Shown: piece after piece, positions 60,540 to 64,000 of the stretch | Layout of the letters: the number at the start of each line of letters is the position of its first letter | How positions within the stretch are numbered: position 1 is the first letter of the stretch | Source of the DNA: Candidatus Omnitrophota bacterium | GTDB taxonomy: Bacteria > Omnitrophota > Gorgyraeia > B26-G9 | NCBI GenBank assembly: GCA_043805415.1 | Contig: JAZDHZ010000033.1 | Coordinates: 89,600 to 153,599, forward strand | Direction of reading: 5' to 3' | Length of the DNA: 64,000 nt | The notes under the pieces: model-generated | What the model saw: the letters and a program-made list of their open reading frames with translations, nothing else | Told to the model about the DNA's origin: nothing | Databases searched by the model: none | Translations under genes and position numbers: made by a program

Positions 60540-61501
60540 TGAGAATTTTACTTACAGGCGGTGCGGGGTTTGTAGGTTCACACTTAGCTGAAAGTTTAAT
60601 TAAAGATGGGCATGAACTTACAGTTGTAGATAATCTTACAACTGGAAACAAAGAGAATATACTGCATTTAGACGGAATTGATGGATTTAGATTTATAGAA
60701 GGCAGCATTTTAGATTATAAACTTATGCTGAAACTGGTTACGGAATGTGATTTAATTTACCATCTGGCTGCCGCGGTTGGGGTTAAATATGTTATTGATA
60801 ATCCGCTTGATTCTTTAATTACTAATGTGCGCGGAACAGAAATTATTTTTGAACTAGCTCATGTTTTTAATAAAAAAGTTTTTTTTGCTTCTTCCTCAGA
60901 GGTTTACGGTAAAGATGCTGCGGCGCCTTTTAATGAAGATGCTGATAGAATAATGGGTTCTGTATCAAAATCCAGATGGGGTTATGCTTTTGCTAAGGGG
61001 TTTGATGAATTTCTAGCAGTCGCATATTCCCAAGAAAAAAAGCTTCCAATAGTTATTGGGCGTTTATTTAATATCTGTGGTCCAAGACAGAGTCATAATT
61101 ACGGTATGGTAATTCCCCGTTTTATTCAGCAAGCGCTTAAAAATGAGCCGATTACTGTTTATGGTGATGGAAAACAGATCAGGTCTTTTACGTATATTGA
61201 TTATGTCGTAAGCGCGATGAAAGCTTTAATGGCTAATCCGCAAGCTCCAGGGCAAATATTCAATATCGGCAGCAGTCAATCTATTGCTATCGGTGATCTT
61301 GCCAAAAAGATAAAACAGCTTTGCAACAGTGATTCTGAAATCATATCTGTTCCTTATTCTCAGGTCTATGGTGATAATTTTGAAGATATGCTGTATCGTG
61401 TTCCCGATACAGCTAAGTTTGAAAAGTTAACCGGTTTTACCCCAAGCATTAAGCTGGATGAAATGCTGCATACAATTATTGATTATCATAGGGGAAGTTA
61501 G
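60539..61501 (+). CDS. NAD-dependent sugar-nucleotide epimerase/dehydratase (extended SDR)
   Basis: ILLTGGAGFVGSHL, SSSEVYG, YAFAK (YxxxK); 320 aa. Confidence 0.8.
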   Translation: MRILLTGGAGFVGSHLAESLIKDGHELTVVDNLTTGNKENILHLDGIDGFRFIEGSILDYKLMLKLVTECDLIYHLAAAVGVKYVIDNPLDSLITNVRGTEIIFELAHVFNKKVFFASSSEVYGKDAAAPFNEDADRIMGSVSKSRWGYAFAKGFDEFLAVAYSQEKKLPIVIGRLFNICGPRQSHNYGMVIPRFIQQALKNEPITVYGDGKQIRSFTYIDYVVSAMKALMANPQAPGQIFNIGSSQSIAIGDLAKKIKQLCNSDSEIISVPYSQVYGDNFEDMLYRVPDTAKFEKLTGFTPSIKLDEMLHTIIDYHRGS

Positions 61502-63886
61502 TTGCGATCATTCCAAAGCAAACCCCTCAGTTTTTTTTTAAGATTTTTTCTTTTCTGCTTTATTTTTAATAACGCATTTATTTTCTTTTCTCTTCCCAAT
61601 GGCTTTTCCCAAGACAATATAAATAACAAACCAAAAGCAAATACTGCATCCCGCAGCCCGGTTATTGTTGATGCCGATGATGTTGAATACCTTGAGACAA
61701 TGATCACCGGTAAAGGTAATGTTAAGATTGATTATGATGGAGTTATTTTGAAATCTGACCGTGCTGATGTTGATATGATGTCAAAAGGGATTGTTGCTTC
61801 CGGTAATGTTATTATTGCTTACAAGGGGATTACCTTATACGGGGAGAAACTCGAATACGATATTGATTCAAAACAGGGATTTATTGAAAGCCTGACCAAT
61901 AATTCTGGTAAGGTTTACGCTTTATATCAAGATGTAAGAATAGATTCAACCAAAATAGACTTTGACTTGGATAATCAAATTGCTCAGGCTCAAGGGGATG
62001 TGGTTTTAACCCAAGGGGATTCTGTTTTAACCGGACATACTCTGCAATATGATTTTAAAACAGAAAGCGGGGGATTAGTTGATCCTATAATAAAAAGCGA
62101 TATTTGGTTTGGTAAGGCCCAGAAGGCTGATAAAAAAGCGCTAAAAAACCTAATAGAATTAGATCACGCGTATGTTACAACCTGTGATATATCGGAAAAA
62201 CCGCATTATCGTATTCAAGCAAAAAGAATTGATTACTATATTGATGATAAGATTGTTGCTAAAAACGCGCTGATGTTTGTGGGGAACATCCCAGTGGTTT
62301 ATTTTCCTTACTGGAGTCAGTCGCTTAAGGACGGCAGGAACAATCCGACAGTAAGTGTCGGGTATAAAAAAGAGTGGGGAGCATTTATTCTTACTACTTG
62401 GAGATATGATTTGAATGAGTATTTACAGTATAAAATTCATGCTGATCACAGAGATTTGAAAGGTTTTGCCAGCGGAGTAGATGCGGAGTATGATACCAAA
62501 GATTATGGATCGGGAACAGTTAAAACCTATTATATGAATGAACGTGATAAATATTGGGATAATGAGCAAGATAAGCCTAAGGAGACCGAGCGCTATCGGG
62601 CTCAGATAAAACATCGTTGGCAGGCAGATAAATCGACTTTAGGATTATTTGAATATAATAAATTAAGCGATATAGATTTTACTAAAGATTATCTTTATAA
62701 AGAATACGCAGAAGATTTTCAGCCGGTATCTGCGGGATCGATTACTCATTATGAGGATGACTATAGCGTGAGTATTTATGCCCGCAAGCGAACCAACCGC
62801 TTTTATTCAGAAGTAGAACGTTTGCCTGAGCTTGAGTTTAATACTGTGGGCAAGGAAATTGCTGATTCTAATTTTTATCTCCGCAATGACTTGGCTTTGG
62901 CTAATTTGAATAAAAAAATTGCTAATAGTGGAGAAGATACAGACGCAAACAGGATGGATAGTTATAATGAATTAAAATATCCGACAAAATTACCGGGAAA
63001 TTTTGACTGGATTAATATTGCTCCTTATGTAGGAACGCGCCAGACCTATTATTCTAAGGATAATATTGGGCTGAAAGAGGACTTTATCAGAGGTATTCAT
63101 TATTATGGGTTTGATATGAATACAAAATTTTTTCGGATATATGAATATAGCGGCAAGCCTTTGGGGATTGAGGTTAATCGGCTTCGGCATGTTATTACTC
63201 CAAGTGTAAAATACGCGTATATTCACAGCCCAACTGTTCCAGCGAGTAAACTTGGGCTATTTGATGAGATTGATTCTATTAGCGCCGCGAATTTCTTTAC
63301 TTTTGGAATTGAAAACCATTTACAGACTAAATGGACCCCAAGTAAAACAGGCGAATTAGAAAATGTTGATCTTGTTTATTTTTATCCTTATTTAGATTAT
63401 TATCAAAATGCCGCTCCTGGGGTTAAACATTTTGGATTTATTAATACTGAGCTCGATCTTAGACCTTATCGTTGGTTGCATTTGGATTCTGATACAGTTT
63501 TAAATCAGTATCAAAGAAGAATTCAAACCGTTAATATCGACTTATATGCAACCGGATACGATAAATGGAGATTGGGGTTAGGTAAGCGTTATGACCGGAA
63601 TATCAGCGATCAGCTTACTACGGATATATATTATAAAATAAATGATAAATGGCAGGTGCGGGCATATACGCGTTATTTAGGATATACTGATAGCTTCCAG
63701 GAACAGCAATATACTATATACCGAGATTTACATTGCTGGCTTTTAGAAACAAGTTATGATATAAAGCTAAATGATGATGGCTCTGTTGCGGATAAAACTT
63801 TTTGGTTTATTTTTAAGCTGAAAGCATTTCCAGATGAAACTTCGCTTCAGTTTAATGTGGGATATGAAACAACACGCCGAATATAG
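61502..63886 (+). CDS. lptD: LPS-assembly outer membrane protein LptD (OstA family)
   Basis: Signal-like N-terminus, OstA-type beta-jellyroll repeats (GNVKIDYDGVILKSDRADVD..., AQGDVVLTQGDSVLTGHTLQYD), and a large aromatic-rich C-terminal barrel; 794 aa. TTG start. Confidence 0.7.
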   Translation: MRSFQSKPLSFFLRFFLFCFIFNNAFIFFSLPNGFSQDNINNKPKANTASRSPVIVDADDVEYLETMITGKGNVKIDYDGVILKSDRADVDMMSKGIVASGNVIIAYKGITLYGEKLEYDIDSKQGFIESLTNNSGKVYALYQDVRIDSTKIDFDLDNQIAQAQGDVVLTQGDSVLTGHTLQYDFKTESGGLVDPIIKSDIWFGKAQKADKKALKNLIELDHAYVTTCDISEKPHYRIQAKRIDYYIDDKIVAKNALMFVGNIPVVYFPYWSQSLKDGRNNPTVSVGYKKEWGAFILTTWRYDLNEYLQYKIHADHRDLKGFASGVDAEYDTKDYGSGTVKTYYMNERDKYWDNEQDKPKETERYRAQIKHRWQADKSTLGLFEYNKLSDIDFTKDYLYKEYAEDFQPVSAGSITHYEDDYSVSIYARKRTNRFYSEVERLPELEFNTVGKEIADSNFYLRNDLALANLNKKIANSGEDTDANRMDSYNELKYPTKLPGNFDWINIAPYVGTRQTYYSKDNIGLKEDFIRGIHYYGFDMNTKFFRIYEYSGKPLGIEVNRLRHVITPSVKYAYIHSPTVPASKLGLFDEIDSISAANFFTFGIENHLQTKWTPSKTGELENVDLVYFYPYLDYYQNAAPGVKHFGFINTELDLRPYRWLHLDSDTVLNQYQRRIQTVNIDLYATGYDKWRLGLGKRYDRNISDQLTTDIYYKINDKWQVRAYTRYLGYTDSFQEQQYTIYRDLHCWLLETSYDIKLNDDGSVADKTFWFIFKLKAFPDETSLQFNVGYETTRRI

Positions 63887-63932
63887 GTTTATATTTTAAA
63901 TTAAGGCCGAGCAAGGATTAAATGAGGTAGGA

Positions 63933-64000
63933 ATGAAAAGATCAAAATTCGAGAGAATAGTAATTTCGAGCATACTTTTTATAGCGTGCTTAGTATTGTT
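63933..64000 (+). CDS. hypothetical protein, 3'-partial (runs off right edge)
   Basis: ATG after a GAGGTAGG Shine-Dalgarno. MKRSKFERIVISSILFIACLVL looks like a signal or TM start. Only 22 codons are visible. Confidence 0.2.
   Translation, partial: MKRSKFERIVISSILFIACLVL

Noticed and set aside
1-64000. Mobile elements, prophage, CRISPR-Cas, toxin-antitoxin or known defence systems
   Set aside because: I looked for transposase, integrase, recombinase, Cas or phage structural signatures in all listed ORFs and found none. The only repeat families are the short tandem-oligomer elements and the ~60-bp direct repeat described above.

Overview
This is an AT-rich chromosomal segment from a diderm, LPS-making bacterium. 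Nearly all genes are on the + strand, and most are housekeeping or envelope genes. Lineage is a guess only: an uncultivated Omnitrophota/PVC-like organism, based on gene content such as GH57, split transketolase, an LpxC-FabZ fusion, LpxI and SpoVG.

Gene content in order:
- A surface-glycan cluster: a 5'-truncated membrane protein, an SDR epimerase and a SAM methyltransferase.
- An AT-rich AAA/DUF4143 ATPase, then nadE and manC.
- An orphan type IV pilin.
- A ParA-like cluster next to a GH57 branching enzyme.
- uppS-cdsA-dxr-rseP-ispG-proS.
- A type IV pilus operon: pilMN fusion, pilO, pilP-like, pilQ, pilB, pilC and a second pilin.
- Lipid A and outer-membrane genes: lpxB, a Gfo/Idh/MocA oxidoreductase, an lpxL-like gene, bamA-skp-lpxD-lpxC::fabZ-lpxA-lpxI, and lptD.
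- hisG, a TPR lipoprotein, an FtsH paralog, split transketolase, ispE, spoVG, glmU, prs, rplY and pth.
- rpsF-ssb-rpsR-rplI-dnaB, accD, a ROK glucokinase, tRNA-Gln(UUG) and tRNA-Thr(CGU).

I saw no transposase, integrase, CRISPR array or recognisable defence genes.

The best candidate for something new lies at 9.4-16.8 kb:
- A canonical ParA ATPase is fused to an AMPK-beta-type glycogen-binding (CBM48) domain.
- It is followed by a Walker-A-dead MinD/ParA-like protein and a degenerate NucS-like protein.
- Further on is a histone-H1-like K/A-repeat protein ending in a DUF4912-like domain, directly upstream of the GH57 alpha-glucan branching enzyme.
- Two of these proteins share a nearly identical ParB-N-terminus-like peptide, KKLGKGLEDIS(Y/T)LFLS.
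- I interpret this as a possible ParA-type positioning or segregation system for glycogen granules. That reading is inference and has not been demonstrated.

Other points worth a second look:
- A family of mosaic 3'-UTR elements built from degenerating tandem heptamers and octamers.
- A promoter-to-terminator unit of about 300 nt with no ORF, upstream of the orphan pilin.
- About 60-bp direct repeats bracketing the methyltransferase gene.
- An unlisted 31-codon bS22-like ORF.
- A roughly 120-nt three-stem element in the lpxL divergent intergenic region.
- A zinc-ribbon insertion in SpoVG.
- A textbook MshEN c-di-GMP motif pair in PilB.
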